This document shows positions 46,714-56,786 of a stretch of 64,000 nucleotides of DNA, in pieces. The position numbers and the translations under genes are program-made. The notes under the pieces were generated by a model, which did no database searches, was not told where the DNA came from, and was given only the letters and a program-made list of their open reading frames with translations. Origin of the DNA: a virus (taxonomy: Duplodnaviria; Heunggongvirae; Uroviricota; Caudoviricetes); the IMG/VR virus record IMGVR_UViG_3300032280_000361. The stretch is one strand, 5' to 3'. The stretch's first letter is position 1. The number at the start of each line of letters is the position of its first letter.

Positions 46714-49700
46714 TTAGAAAACATAATCCGAATCCGCTCCACTTACAACTGATATATCGAAGTAATCATCAGCGTAAAGTGTTTCATCCAACCAAACCGG
46801 AGTAACATATCTTCTTTTATTAGAACCTTGTCCAACGAAGTATTCTAAATATTCATCAGGTGTTCTTATCCACGCCCCACTTGAAGTATTATCAGTTGTG
46901 AAAGATGAACTCCATGCTTGAGCCTCAGTTAATCTATATATCGCATCTGCAGGATTGTTTGAACCCGTTGCTTTAAGATTTGTAGTGTTTCTTGTAAGAG
47001 AACCGGTAATTTCTAAACCTCCAGATATTATGATAGAATCGGTCATTGAATCTCCAATAAGAACAGGCTCACCTTTTACAGAGAATCCTCCTGTTACCGC
47101 TAATCCACCCGTTATATTAACATACGAATCAAAGGTTGCACTACCACTTATATCTAATGTTCCACTTACTGCAAAGTTTCCACTAACTCTAGTACTTCCA
47201 CTTATTGCTAAAGCTCCACCTACTGAAAGTGAACCGGTTACATTTGTAGAACCCGTTACGTTTAAGTGTGAGAATGATGCAGTATTATTTACTCTTAATG
47301 ATGAAGATATAATCGTAGAACCAGTTACTATCAATGAACCTGTTATACCAACTGCTCCACTAACATTTAATGTTGAATGAAGTGTAGTTATACCATCTAC
47401 TTTTAATGAACCAGATGTTCTAATATTTCCCGTTGCATCATCTATTTCAAATGTTCCACCGCCTACTTTGAATGTTACTCCATTATAAGTAAAGTTTGCA
47501 CTATCAACTAAAGTATCGGTTGAATCCACATAAGGAATTCTACTCATACTTAAATCGTTTATCGCTAAACTCTTAACTCTTGTAGAACCCGATATAGCAG
47601 TTATGTTTGAATTAAAGAATGTATCACTATCTACTCTTAAATTTAATGTGTTTAATCTAGTTTCATCTACTACCGCGTTTCCACCTGCACCAATTGTTAT
47701 TTGTGTAGTATCAATATCAACCACTCCATTAATTCTAGTTAACCCCTCAACTCTTAAAGAAGAAGCGGTTACAGCTGAAGATGCTGAAATTGTAGTTCCG
47801 ATGAAGTTACCACTTACTGAAGTATTTTGTACAACTTGTAAGTTTCCACTAACTGCTTCATTTCCTGTTATCCAAACACTTCCTGTGAAATATGAACCAC
47901 TTCCATTTTGCCCCGCATTTACTCTCAATGAACCGGTGATTTGAACACCACCATCATAATGTGCAGTATATCCTCCTGCTAAGTAATCACCTACTTTAAT
48001 ATCACCACCAACATATGCGTTTGATACATAATCATTATCAGATACAAATAATATTGAATCTATTCTAGTTGCACCATTTTGAACGGTAAAGTTTCCAGAT
48101 GGTACACCTCTTAAATCTATGGTAGTACTTCCGGTTAAAGATGTATTTCCTGATACTATTAAAGTTCCACTAACCGCTTGCTTTCCACTAACTGATGATG
48201 TTAATAACGCACCATAGTCAACGAATTGTGTAGATGAACTTACTAACCCATTATTAGCTCTAATATGTCCACTATGTGTAGCCGCAGTAATTGTAGCCGA
48301 AGATGAAATATTTCCAACTACATAAACTGAACCGGTGAAATTATGATTATCGGTTGCATCATTACCAAAGGTAGTTGAACCACTACTAAATGAAGTAGTC
48401 ATATAAGTTACAGAAGAACTTACTATATAGCTTTGTGCTACTATATTTCCACTTACAATTAAATCATTACTAATATTAACGTTTCCTAAAAGTCTTAGGT
48501 TACTACCTGTTACAGATATCGCTCCTTTTAATGAAGAAGTATAAGTGTTAACCGATGAAGTAAATGTGTTTATTATCGAACCTGTTGCAATTACACTTGC
48601 ACTAAACGTATTAAGTGATGAAGTGAATGTATTAATTATTGAACCACTTGCTCTAACTGATGCAGAGAATGAATTTATACTTGATGTAAATGTATTAATT
48701 AATGAACCTGTCGCAATTACACTTGCACTAAATGTATTCAACGATTGAGTTGAGTTATTTAGAGATTGAGTTGTATTGTATAATGAACTTGTAATTATGT
48801 TTAAAGATGCAGTTGCTACCTGAGAAGCATTTATAGATGCCATCGATGCACTTAATAATCCAATAGATGAACTTACTGAACTACTTAATGAAGAAGTTGC
48901 AGTATTAATTGATTCGCTTATTGAACTTGTGAAATTACTGAATCCTGTTGTTCCACTTACATTTGTTTGAATTGAAGAACTAAATGCTCCATTGAATATT
49001 CCTATAAATGAAGATGCACTAACTACTCCAGATGCAGTTATAGATGAATTAACATTTAACCAAACTGGATTAGCAACCGGGTCACTTGCACTAGCATATA
49101 AATTTATTTGACCATAGAAATTTGAAGTACCATTTATGGTTTGGTTATCACCATAAGTGTTACCAAATGTATGATTACCATCAAAGTTAGATTCTGTTAC
49201 ATAATAAGTTGATGTACTTACAATATATTGTTGTGCTATAATATTTCCGCTAACATATAAATTACCACTATTAATATACAAATCAGTTCCACTTGTTGTT
49301 ATAGCATTTTTTAATGAAGAAGTATATGTGTTTAAATTATTTATTAAAGCCGCTTGTGAATTATTTGTAGCTAACGAAGCTGATGCTGATATAGCTAATG
49401 CACTAGCCGATGTAAATAAACTTGCGGTTGTTACATGCAAAGAAGTTGTGTATGAACTTTGCACAAATCCTGTTCCAGTTACAAGCGAATTAATTCTAGT
49501 TGTAATACTAGCTGAAGTATGTTGTATTTTATCATTTATACTAGATGATAAAAATGCAGTAGTAACTGCTATACTCGCTGATATTCCATTTGAAGGATTC
49601 CAAATTGAAGATGATAATGATGAACCAGATGAATATAATATCGCGGTTGTAGTTGCAACTGAACTACTATATGCTACTAATTCCGCATCGGTTGCATATC

Positions 49701-52353
49701 CACTATCTAAATTAGCTATTGCCGCTAAACTTTGACTAATTCTACTTTCAAATGATGCCGATATTCCAGGAAACACATTCGTGGTAAAATTACTACTTTG
49801 AGAAATACTTGCACTAAATTGATTTATTTTTGTATCAAAGTAAGTTCCAGACGCTTCTAATGCTACTATTCTAACACTCTGTGATACAACCGAACCGGAA
49901 ACAGTTGAGATTGATGCAGTATATTGTTCTAACGAATTAACTCTTGCACCAATACCAGTTCCACCACCTCCGCCGATTTCAACTGATATGGAAGCAATTC
50001 TATTATCAAATGAAGCACTTGCAGTTGCAAATGTTCCAGTATTACCAATCCAAGTTACTATACTGGCAGTGAATCCACGCAATGCACTATCTTGAAGTTG
50101 TAAACTAAATATAGAAGCTGATACAACTGATGCGGATGCAAAGGTTGCACTAGCTGAAGCGTTTAAAGCGTTTAACTGAATAATAGTACTTCCAGTAGTA
50201 CTTATAAAATTTGCAAATGTTGAACCAATTCCTGTTATAGCACCTGCCTGAGCACTATTTGTAATCGCAGATAAGGATGCACTTGTTTCTAACGCAGTTA
50301 TTCTAGTTCCGGTTGCACCACCTCCTAATGAAGATGATAAACTTAATATTCTACTATCAACTGATGTACTGAATGGTAAATAAGTTGAACCAGTAAATGT
50401 ATTTAAAGATGCAGTTGTTGTATGAATAGAATTTAAACTATTACTTACAGATGCACTAAATGTATTTTGTGAATTGTTTACACTATTAATTGTAGCGATT
50501 GATGCAGAGAATGAACTACTTGCTATTAATAAACTAGAACTTATAGTATTGAATGAACCACTTAATTGTGATAACTCAACTCCATCAACTAATCCACTAA
50601 CTGCAATATCACCCGTTACACTAATTCCTTTGTTTATTGCAATTTTAGATAAGTTATTATTCCAATCTATTCTTGCATCTGCACCACTAATATAAATACC
50701 AGCTCCATCTGCCATCGCAGTGGTAGTCGAACCACTTGCTATTTCTATAAGTTTATCAGCTACTTTTAAGTTAGTTGTGTTAAGAGATATTTGAGTTCCT
50801 TGTACAACAAAGTTTCCTAATATTGTTGTTACTCCACCTGTCACATCTATTGCCGTTTTTAATGATGCAGTATATGTGTTTAAACTTGCAGTTGCAGTAT
50901 TAACTGAAGATGTATGTATATTTAGGCTTGCAGTTGTTGAATTAACACTTGCACTAAATGAATTATGTGAACCACTACTTACTTCCAATGCATCTATTCT
51001 ACTCTTCGCAGATGATGCTGATGTAGCTAATGAACTACCACTACTTACTAAACTAGAAGTAAGTGTATTCAAACTTGCGGTTGTGGAATTAACACTTGCA
51101 GTAAATATATTAACTGAAGCTGAAGTATTTTCTAATTGAGTTAATCTAGTTAGAACAGCTGATGCTGAATTTGCTAAAGAAGATGCTGATACTTCTAAAC
51201 TACCACTTCTAATATTAAGAGCAGTAATTGAAGTATTCGCACTTGCAGTAAATGTATTTAATGAAGCAGTTGCAGTATTAACTGAACTACTAAATGTATT
51301 CACACTTGCACTAAATGAATTTAACGGAGAAATATTTATAGCCTCTCCCCAACTTGATGATGCAGCTTCAATTGAATTTAATCTACTATTAGCCGAAGAT
51401 GTAAACGCACTCAATGAAGCAGTTATAGAAAGAATAGAACCTGTCAATGCTTCTACTAAATCCAATCTACTTTCATGATTTGAAGTGGATACAAATAAAC
51501 TATGTGTTGCCGCTTCTAATGAATTTATTCTACCATCATCTACAGATGTACTTACGAATAATGCTAATAAATCCGATGTTATACTTCCAGATTTTATTTC
51601 CAATGAAGTTAATCTGTTATCAATTGAACCTGTTTTTGTGTTCAATGATGCGGTTACTAAATTTATTGATGCAGTTGTAGAATTAACAGATGCAGTATGT
51701 GCGTTATGTAATAATCTTATACTACTACTTGCCGCCTCTAATGATGCTAATCTAGGTTCTACAATAGAAGATGTATAACTTTCATAGTTTGATTTACTTA
51801 AGAAAGGTGTTACTACAATACTTCCAAATTTAGAATTAATTGTTTCGGTTACACTTCCACTCAATGAACCAATTGATGAACTCAAATTAGCTACTGAATG
51901 TGATATTGATTGCGAAAGTGATGAACTGAATGTTGAGTATCCCGTTGTATTAGCCAAAGTTACATCCTGAGATGCAGTCAATATTCTTGAACCAATTACA
52001 TTTATTGTTCCACCACTAACGATTAAACTTCCTGTTATAGTAGTCGAACCCGATATATTCATAGAACCACTAAATGAAGCTGGTCCGATGTTTATTAAAG
52101 TATTTGAACCGGATAAAATAAATGAACCAGTTACGATTACATTACCATTTATTGCTTGTTGCCCAACCCAATTATTACTACCACTTGATGATAATATAGT
52201 CCCTCCCGCATTTATAACTGTCCCATCGGAAAGTGTTATGATTAAATTAGAACCAGAGAATGCTGCGGATACTACATGAGCTCCTGTCAAACCTCTTGTT
52301 CCTGCGGTTGCTACTGTTAATTGTGGTGAGTTATTTACTAATGTTACAGACAT
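46714..52353 (-). CDS. Long Ser/Thr-rich fibre protein (coiled-coil plus beta repeats)
   Basis: 1879 aa; LNTFTAS-type heptads alternate with VSGS/TGS beta repeats; shares a module with the other fibres. Confidence 0.75.
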   Translation of the reverse strand: MSVTLVNNSPQLTVATAGTRGLTGAHVVSAAFSGSNLIITLSDGTVINAGGTILSSSGSNNWVGQQAINGNVIVTGSFILSGSNTLINIGPASFSGSMNISGSTTITGSLIVSGGTINVIGSRILTASQDVTLANTTGYSTFSSSLSQSISHSVANLSSSIGSLSGSVTETINSKFGSIVVTPFLSKSNYESYTSSIVEPRLASLEAASSSIRLLHNAHTASVNSTTASINLVTASLNTKTGSIDNRLTSLEIKSGSITSDLLALFVSTSVDDGRINSLEAATHSLFVSTSNHESRLDLVEALTGSILSITASLSAFTSSANSRLNSIEAASSSWGEAINISPLNSFSASVNTFSSSVNTATASLNTFTASANTSITALNIRSGSLEVSASSLANSASAVLTRLTQLENTSASVNIFTASVNSTTASLNTLTSSLVSSGSSLATSASSAKSRIDALEVSSGSHNSFSASVNSTTASLNIHTSSVNTATASLNTYTASLKTAIDVTGGVTTILGNFVVQGTQISLNTTNLKVADKLIEIASGSTTTAMADGAGIYISGADARIDWNNNLSKIAINKGISVTGDIAVSGLVDGVELSQLSGSFNTISSSLLIASSSFSASIATINSVNNSQNTFSASVSNSLNSIHTTTASLNTFTGSTYLPFSTSVDSRILSLSSSLGGGATGTRITALETSASLSAITNSAQAGAITGIGSTFANFISTTGSTIIQLNALNASASATFASASVVSASIFSLQLQDSALRGFTASIVTWIGNTGTFATASASFDNRIASISVEIGGGGGTGIGARVNSLEQYTASISTVSGSVVSQSVRIVALEASGTYFDTKINQFSASISQSSNFTTNVFPGISASFESRISQSLAAIANLDSGYATDAELVAYSSSVATTTAILYSSGSSLSSSIWNPSNGISASIAVTTAFLSSSINDKIQHTSASITTRINSLVTGTGFVQSSYTTSLHVTTASLFTSASALAISASASLATNNSQAALINNLNTYTSSLKNAITTSGTDLYINSGNLYVSGNIIAQQYIVSTSTYYVTESNFDGNHTFGNTYGDNQTINGTSNFYGQINLYASASDPVANPVWLNVNSSITASGVVSASSFIGIFNGAFSSSIQTNVSGTTGFSNFTSSISESINTATSSLSSSVSSSIGLLSASMASINASQVATASLNIITSSLYNTTQSLNNSTQSLNTFSASVIATGSLINTFTSSINSFSASVRASGSIINTFTSSLNTFSASVIATGSIINTFTSSVNTYTSSLKGAISVTGSNLRLLGNVNISNDLIVSGNIVAQSYIVSSSVTYMTTSFSSGSTTFGNDATDNHNFTGSVYVVGNISSSATITAATHSGHIRANNGLVSSSTQFVDYGALLTSSVSGKQAVSGTLIVSGNTSLTGSTTIDLRGVPSGNFTVQNGATRIDSILFVSDNDYVSNAYVGGDIKVGDYLAGGYTAHYDGGVQITGSLRVNAGQNGSGSYFTGSVWITGNEAVSGNLQVVQNTSVSGNFIGTTISASSAVTASSLRVEGLTRINGVVDIDTTQITIGAGGNAVVDETRLNTLNLRVDSDTFFNSNITAISGSTRVKSLAINDLSMSRIPYVDSTDTLVDSANFTYNGVTFKVGGGTFEIDDATGNIRTSGSLKVDGITTLHSTLNVSGAVGITGSLIVTGSTIISSSLRVNNTASFSHLNVTGSTNVTGSLSVGGALAISGSTRVSGNFAVSGTLDISGSATFDSYVNITGGLAVTGGFSVKGEPVLIGDSMTDSIIISGGLEITGSLTRNTTNLKATGSNNPADAIYRLTEAQAWSSSFTTDNTSSGAWIRTPDEYLEYFVGQGSNKRRYVTPVWLDETLYADDYFDISVVSGADSDYVF
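48553..48741 (-). repeat. Three degenerate 63-nt tandem coding repeats
   Basis: LNTFSASVIATGSLINTFTSS / INSFSASVRASGSIINTFTSS / LNTFSASVIATGSIINTFTSS. Confidence 0.8.
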
Positions 52354-52354
52354 C

Positions 52355-52732
52355 TTATCGGGTTACATTTTTTGACAATTTCACTTGTCCTTCTAATAAT
52401 CTCGTAACCTCATTACCACTTACCATTTCTAAATCATAGTAAGCAGTATCAAAATTTAATAAAGAAGAGGTAGCTGCTGAAATGTATATTCCAATAGAAC
52501 CACTTTGAACCGCAGTTACTCCATCAGAGCCACTCATATTTAATCCAGTTCCATCTGTTTGACGTGATGAACTTAGTGATAAATAAACGGTCTCAGATGT
52601 AGCGGATGGTCTGATTTGCATTCTCCCACCATATCCAGAAAGGTTTACACTCCCAGTCTCATCTTGCCATGTGACCTGTATGTTTGTAGTTGCCCCCTGC
52701 TCTATGATAAAGGAATATCTTGCTGCTGCCAT
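52355..52732 (-). CDS. Fibre-associated adaptor protein (BppU N-like)
   Basis: IEQGAT..NLSGY..RMQIR..YYDLEM..RLLEGQV; coupled to the fibre gene. Confidence 0.65.
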   Translation of the reverse strand: MAAARYSFIIEQGATTNIQVTWQDETGSVNLSGYGGRMQIRPSATSETVYLSLSSSRQTDGTGLNMSGSDGVTAVQSGSIGIYISAATSSLLNFDTAYYDLEMVSGNEVTRLLEGQVKLSKNVTR

Positions 52733-52750
52733 TAATGTTCTTCTTTAATA

Positions 52751-52759
52751 TATAAATAT
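52751..52759 (-). promoter_or_regulatory. Candidate late promoter motif ATATTTATA
   Basis: About 18 nt upstream of 52732. Confidence 0.65.
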
Positions 52760-52770
52760 TACAAATCCTA

Positions 52771-53142
52771 TTAACCTAAATTAATCAATTTGTATTTAGT
52801 TGAGTATAACAAAGTAGCTATATTATCTATATCATTTTGCATCCAACTATGTTGTAACTTCTTATCTTTTCTAGCAGCTTCTAAGTATGCACAAAGTTTA
52901 GTAAAATAATTAATGATATTGTTTTTTTCTGCATTATTATCTACACCTTTTACATCTTTATACTCAATTAAACCATACATACCTTGATACGATTCAATCA
53001 ATCCATCTATTAGGGGTACTATTTCTGTGTAATATCCTTCCAACGCTAAGTGTAATGATAATGCCCCTGTTCCCTTAACCCTCGTATGAAACACATGAGC
53101 TTGGGTTCTGCTGTGTAAAAATACCGAAGCCAATTCTTCCAT
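52771..53142 (-). CDS. Ferritin/Dps-like four-helix protein (DUF5856-like)
   Basis: QAHVFH...HLALEGYY...DGLIESYQG...STKYKL. Confidence 0.7.
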   Translation of the reverse strand: MEELASVFLHSRTQAHVFHTRVKGTGALSLHLALEGYYTEIVPLIDGLIESYQGMYGLIEYKDVKGVDNNAEKNNIINYFTKLCAYLEAARKDKKLQHSWMQNDIDNIATLLYSTKYKLINLG

Positions 53143-53166
53143 TTATATTAAATTTAATTATACATC

Positions 53167-53175
53167 TATAAATAT
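53167..53175 (-). promoter_or_regulatory. Candidate late promoter motif ATATTTATA
   Basis: Overlaps the methyltransferase TGA; about 24 nt upstream of 53142. Confidence 0.65.
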
Positions 53176-53822
53176 CACTTCCTAATTAAAAAAGAGTTTG
53201 GAAATATCTGAATCTTGTGATTTGGTATATTTTCTCTCTCAATCAACTCATTCATTGCTTTTAAAACTGATGGATATGCATCTATATCATCTCCTCCTAA
53301 GTATCCACCTACCTTAACTCTACTCCACCAATTATTCATATCTAACTTAACTATCTCATAATTGTGGTCTCCATCTATGTAAACAAATTGTAAGGATTCC
53401 TCATCATACCATTTCCACAACCATCTACTATCACCTATCATAAGATTAATATACTCATCTACTCCACATAATCGATAGTGGGCTTTGATTAACTCATCAA
53501 TTGGAATATCCTTAAGTTGTTCTGAAAATCTGTAATCGTAAAATGATTTTGGATGGTCTCCTCTCCTTACATCCGCATCTATCTGCCAAAGAGAATCTAT
53601 TGTATCGAAATGTATCTTTTTTCCGCTTTCTTTTATAAGAGAAGCCATAAAGATTGTAGATTGACCGAAAAATGTTCCAATCTCTACTATTGAATCCCCA
53701 TCATTTAATTCTTTGAATACTAATCCGTAGATATCTTCTGCACAACCAATCCATCCAGGCACATCTTCATAGGTTTTGATTTTACCTATTTCGTACTTAT
53801 CCTTTATTGTATGTAACCTCAT
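53175..53822 (-). CDS. Class I SAM-dependent methyltransferase (Methyltransf_24-like)
   Basis: VEIGTFFGQS, IGDS, FVYIDGDHNYE, GGYLGGDD; start moved to ATG 53822 because the track ORF runs through the terminator. Confidence 0.85.
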   Translation of the reverse strand: MRLHTIKDKYEIGKIKTYEDVPGWIGCAEDIYGLVFKELNDGDSIVEIGTFFGQSTIFMASLIKESGKKIHFDTIDSLWQIDADVRRGDHPKSFYDYRFSEQLKDIPIDELIKAHYRLCGVDEYINLMIGDSRWLWKWYDEESLQFVYIDGDHNYEIVKLDMNNWWSRVKVGGYLGGDDIDAYPSVLKAMNELIERENIPNHKIQIFPNSFLIRK

Positions 53823-53842
53823 AAATTTAAATATAAAGACAC

Positions 53843-53868
53843 AAAAAAAGGGGTGATTTCTCACCCCT
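53843..53868 (-). terminator. Intrinsic terminator after the major capsid gene
   Basis: AGGGGTGA-GAAA-TCACCCCT followed by T6. Confidence 0.9.
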
Positions 53869-53907
53869 CTCTTTTATTATGTAAGTTTAACTTAACCTAA
53901 TCTGAGA

Positions 53908-55548
53908 TTAGATGTTAGCCAAATCTTTAACATAGATTCTACCATAGAATTCCGGTCTTACGATTTTCTTAGCATATCTAGTCATAACACCTCTACGCGG
54001 AGTAAAGTTGTCTGGGTCGTACACTAATGGAGTCATAATCAATGGAACGTATGGAGCATATACCGCACCTGTCTCTAAGAAGTTAGAACCTTTGAATCCT
54101 AACAATATTTGGTTAGAAGTCATATAAGGATTCTTATAAACAGTGTATCTGTTAGAGATTGAACCTACTACAGAAACACCTGCTGCGAATTGTAATGCAT
54201 CTTTCTCAGCATTCACGTGGAATCCTGGAATTGATTCTAAAATAGTACATACATCTGGAGATGCAACGATAAAGTTAGCTCCACCTCTCATTGTTAATTG
54301 ATGTATCTTGTTAGATACTTTGTTCAATTTAACACCTAAAGTCTGGAACCATGTAGCTTTTTGGTATGCTAAAGATGAGTTACCACCTGTCCAAGTACCT
54401 GCAGAAGCATTGTACTCTTCACCAACAGTTGCTGACCAATAATCAACAGTCAATGCGTTAACTTGTAACATATCTAAGATTTCTAAATCAATCTCTAAAG
54501 AGATGTACTCAGATAACATAGAAGTTAATTCAGCTTCAGCATCGATTGAGTGGTAAGCGTTTAAGTCTTGTGCCAACTCAGGAGTCCATACTGCTTTCAA
54601 CTTACGAGTCTTAGCAACAATAGATTCACTCTTTAATTCTAAATCAATCTCTGGAATGTTTAAGTTTGTACCACTTAATTGGTTTGCACCATTTGCAACT
54701 GGAGATTGGTCTTCGAAATCACCTCTTTGGTAAGAGATTGGTTGAGTTTGGAACTTAACAGTAGTGATTGTAGTTACTGTAGCTGAACCAGTTGTTGGTA
54801 AAGCTGCACCTCTTACTACGAATGAAATGTTGTTTCCAGCATAATCATGTGCAGTGAAAGCAGGGTAAACCTGTGCGATATCAGTATCAGTTAATTCAAT
54901 TAACTTAGCTGCTTCAATATCAACGTTAGATAACGCAGAAGAAGAGATTGTTAATTTCTTAAAGTTAGCAGATGAAGATGCGTTTGTGTTGAATGATGCA
55001 GAGAAACTCGCATCGAATCCAAAATCAGCCCAAGATGCAGATGCAATTCTTGCACTTACAGTTGATGCAGATGAAGTTGGTGCTAATGAGAAACCATAAG
55101 CTCCTTCACCATACAAACCACCTTGTGCCAATTCAGTTCTACCGAACTTAGAACCAGTACCATATAAAGAATCTCCGATAGTTTTACCACCTTTTGTTGA
55201 ACCATATTTGAAATCCATAAAGAAAATCAAACCTGAAGGTAAGTTCATTGGTTGAACTGAAACGAATTCCTTCGCTGCGATTTCACCAAAAATTCTTCTT
55301 ACCAATGGTAAAGCAACACCACTCCACTCTTCCGAACCTTGTCCGTTAGCGTTAGTAGCTGATGATTCTTGTAATAATTGTTGTGCTTGGTTTTCCAAAA
55401 GCACTGCCATTGAATGTTGGTCTCTATCTTTAAGGCCTTCTAACAAACCAGTCTTAGACCATTTTGTTTTCAATCCTCTTGTTTGCTCCAACATAACAGC
55501 TTGAGGGTTTTTCGCCTCTAATAATGATTTAACATTAAAGTTTGCCAT
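53908..55548 (-). CDS. Major capsid protein (T4 gp23-like)
   Basis: LLENQ, PLVRR, VQPM..PSGLIF, AKTRKLKA.WTPELAQDLNAYH, YAPYVPL, MTRY. Confidence 0.97.
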   Translation of the reverse strand: MANFNVKSLLEAKNPQAVMLEQTRGLKTKWSKTGLLEGLKDRDQHSMAVLLENQAQQLLQESSATNANGQGSEEWSGVALPLVRRIFGEIAAKEFVSVQPMNLPSGLIFFMDFKYGSTKGGKTIGDSLYGTGSKFGRTELAQGGLYGEGAYGFSLAPTSSASTVSARIASASWADFGFDASFSASFNTNASSSANFKKLTISSSALSNVDIEAAKLIELTDTDIAQVYPAFTAHDYAGNNISFVVRGAALPTTGSATVTTITTVKFQTQPISYQRGDFEDQSPVANGANQLSGTNLNIPEIDLELKSESIVAKTRKLKAVWTPELAQDLNAYHSIDAEAELTSMLSEYISLEIDLEILDMLQVNALTVDYWSATVGEEYNASAGTWTGGNSSLAYQKATWFQTLGVKLNKVSNKIHQLTMRGGANFIVASPDVCTILESIPGFHVNAEKDALQFAAGVSVVGSISNRYTVYKNPYMTSNQILLGFKGSNFLETGAVYAPYVPLIMTPLVYDPDNFTPRRGVMTRYAKKIVRPEFYGRIYVKDLANI

Positions 55549-55578
55549 TTTGTTATTTTTTTAAATTTTTTTGTTCAA

Positions 55579-56661
55579 TTACTTGATAATACCAGCTAAT
55601 TTTTTGAATCTATCTGATGCAGAATTATCTTCAGAGATAATTTGCTTTGGTGCAGTAGAAGCCGCTGGCTTTGATGCATAACTTTCTGTAATTTTAGAAG
55701 TTGTTTTCTTAGCTACCCCATTACCAAATTTAAATGATTCTGCGATAGTAGAGAATACCAACTTAACTTCTCTTACATTTTTAGTTCTATCTAATGTTTC
55801 AACAACTTTAGATTTTTGTTCGTTTGTTAAATTGAATGAACGGAACAATTTGTTCACATACAATAATTTAGCATTCAAAAGGTTTACTTCGTTGATTGTA
55901 CCTTTTAAAGATTTGATTACGCTGATTGCTTCACCTAATTCAGATTGAACTGTTTTTAATTCTGCTTTCAATGCATCTAATTCTTCTTCAGAGTGCTCTT
56001 CTTCAGTAGCAACAGGTGCTTCTTCTGTAGGCTCATCTCCGTATCCCATTTCTCTTAGAATTTCATCTAAGTCAATTTCATCTTCTTCAGCTACCGGCTC
56101 TTCTGCTGGTGCTTCAGTTGGTTCAGCTACAGGAGCTGCTTCCTCTTCTTCACCTTCAGTTGTTGCGTATGATTCTTCATCATCAGCTGCTGCTTCTAAT
56201 TCTTTGATAATTTCATCGATTTCAGAGTCAACGTCATCCATTTCCTCTTCTTCGTTTACCGCTGTATCAGGAGTTGCTCCTGTTACATCATCTTCTTCTT
56301 CACCTTCTGTGATTCCTGCTACTTTCTCAGCATTCTCATCTTCTGAACCAACTTCTGCAGAGATTTTATCTACATCTGCTGCTGCTAATTCATCTGATTC
56401 CGCTGCTGAACTGAAAGCTTTAGTTGCTGGCATTTTAGTACCATCACCACCACCGATTTCTGAAGATACATCATTCTCTTGAGTCAATTCTACTTCTTCT
56501 TCACTTTCATCGCCTTCTAATTCCTCTTGTAATTTTTTAGAAAGCATAGATTGTAATTTAGGAGTAAAAGCCTCTTCAAGAGCGATTTTTGCGTTTGCTA
56601 ACGCCGTTTCACGGACAGCCTTAGCATCCGCGATTGCTTCTTTCAAAAGTTTACTATTCAT
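55579..56661 (-). CDS. Prohead scaffolding/core protein
   Basis: Very acidic coiled-coil protein just before the capsid gene; ends RFKKLAGI. Confidence 0.8.
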   Translation of the reverse strand: MNSKLLKEAIADAKAVRETALANAKIALEEAFTPKLQSMLSKKLQEELEGDESEEEVELTQENDVSSEIGGGDGTKMPATKAFSSAAESDELAAADVDKISAEVGSEDENAEKVAGITEGEEEDDVTGATPDTAVNEEEEMDDVDSEIDEIIKELEAAADDEESYATTEGEEEEAAPVAEPTEAPAEEPVAEEDEIDLDEILREMGYGDEPTEEAPVATEEEHSEEELDALKAELKTVQSELGEAISVIKSLKGTINEVNLLNAKLLYVNKLFRSFNLTNEQKSKVVETLDRTKNVREVKLVFSTIAESFKFGNGVAKKTTSKITESYASKPAASTAPKQIISEDNSASDRFKKLAGIIK

Positions 56662-56678
56662 TTTACTTTTTGATTGTG

Positions 56679-56755
56679 TTAGGCTAATGAGTGTGTGCCT
56701 AAATAAGATTATTTGATTATATGTGATTCCATATGAGATGGAATATTCGAATCAA
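56679..56755 (-). promoter_or_regulatory. Structured 5' leader of the scaffold-capsid transcript
   Basis: Nested TTGATT/AATCAA plus ATTCCAT/ATGGAAT stems, then a TTAGGC/GCCTAA hairpin; variant late motif ATACTTATA at 56761-56769. Confidence 0.5.
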
Positions 56756-56786
56756 TTACATATAAGTATATAACAGTTATAGAAAA

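Noticed and set aside
48553-48741. CRISPR-like array
   Set aside because: Degenerate in-frame coding repeats without unique spacers
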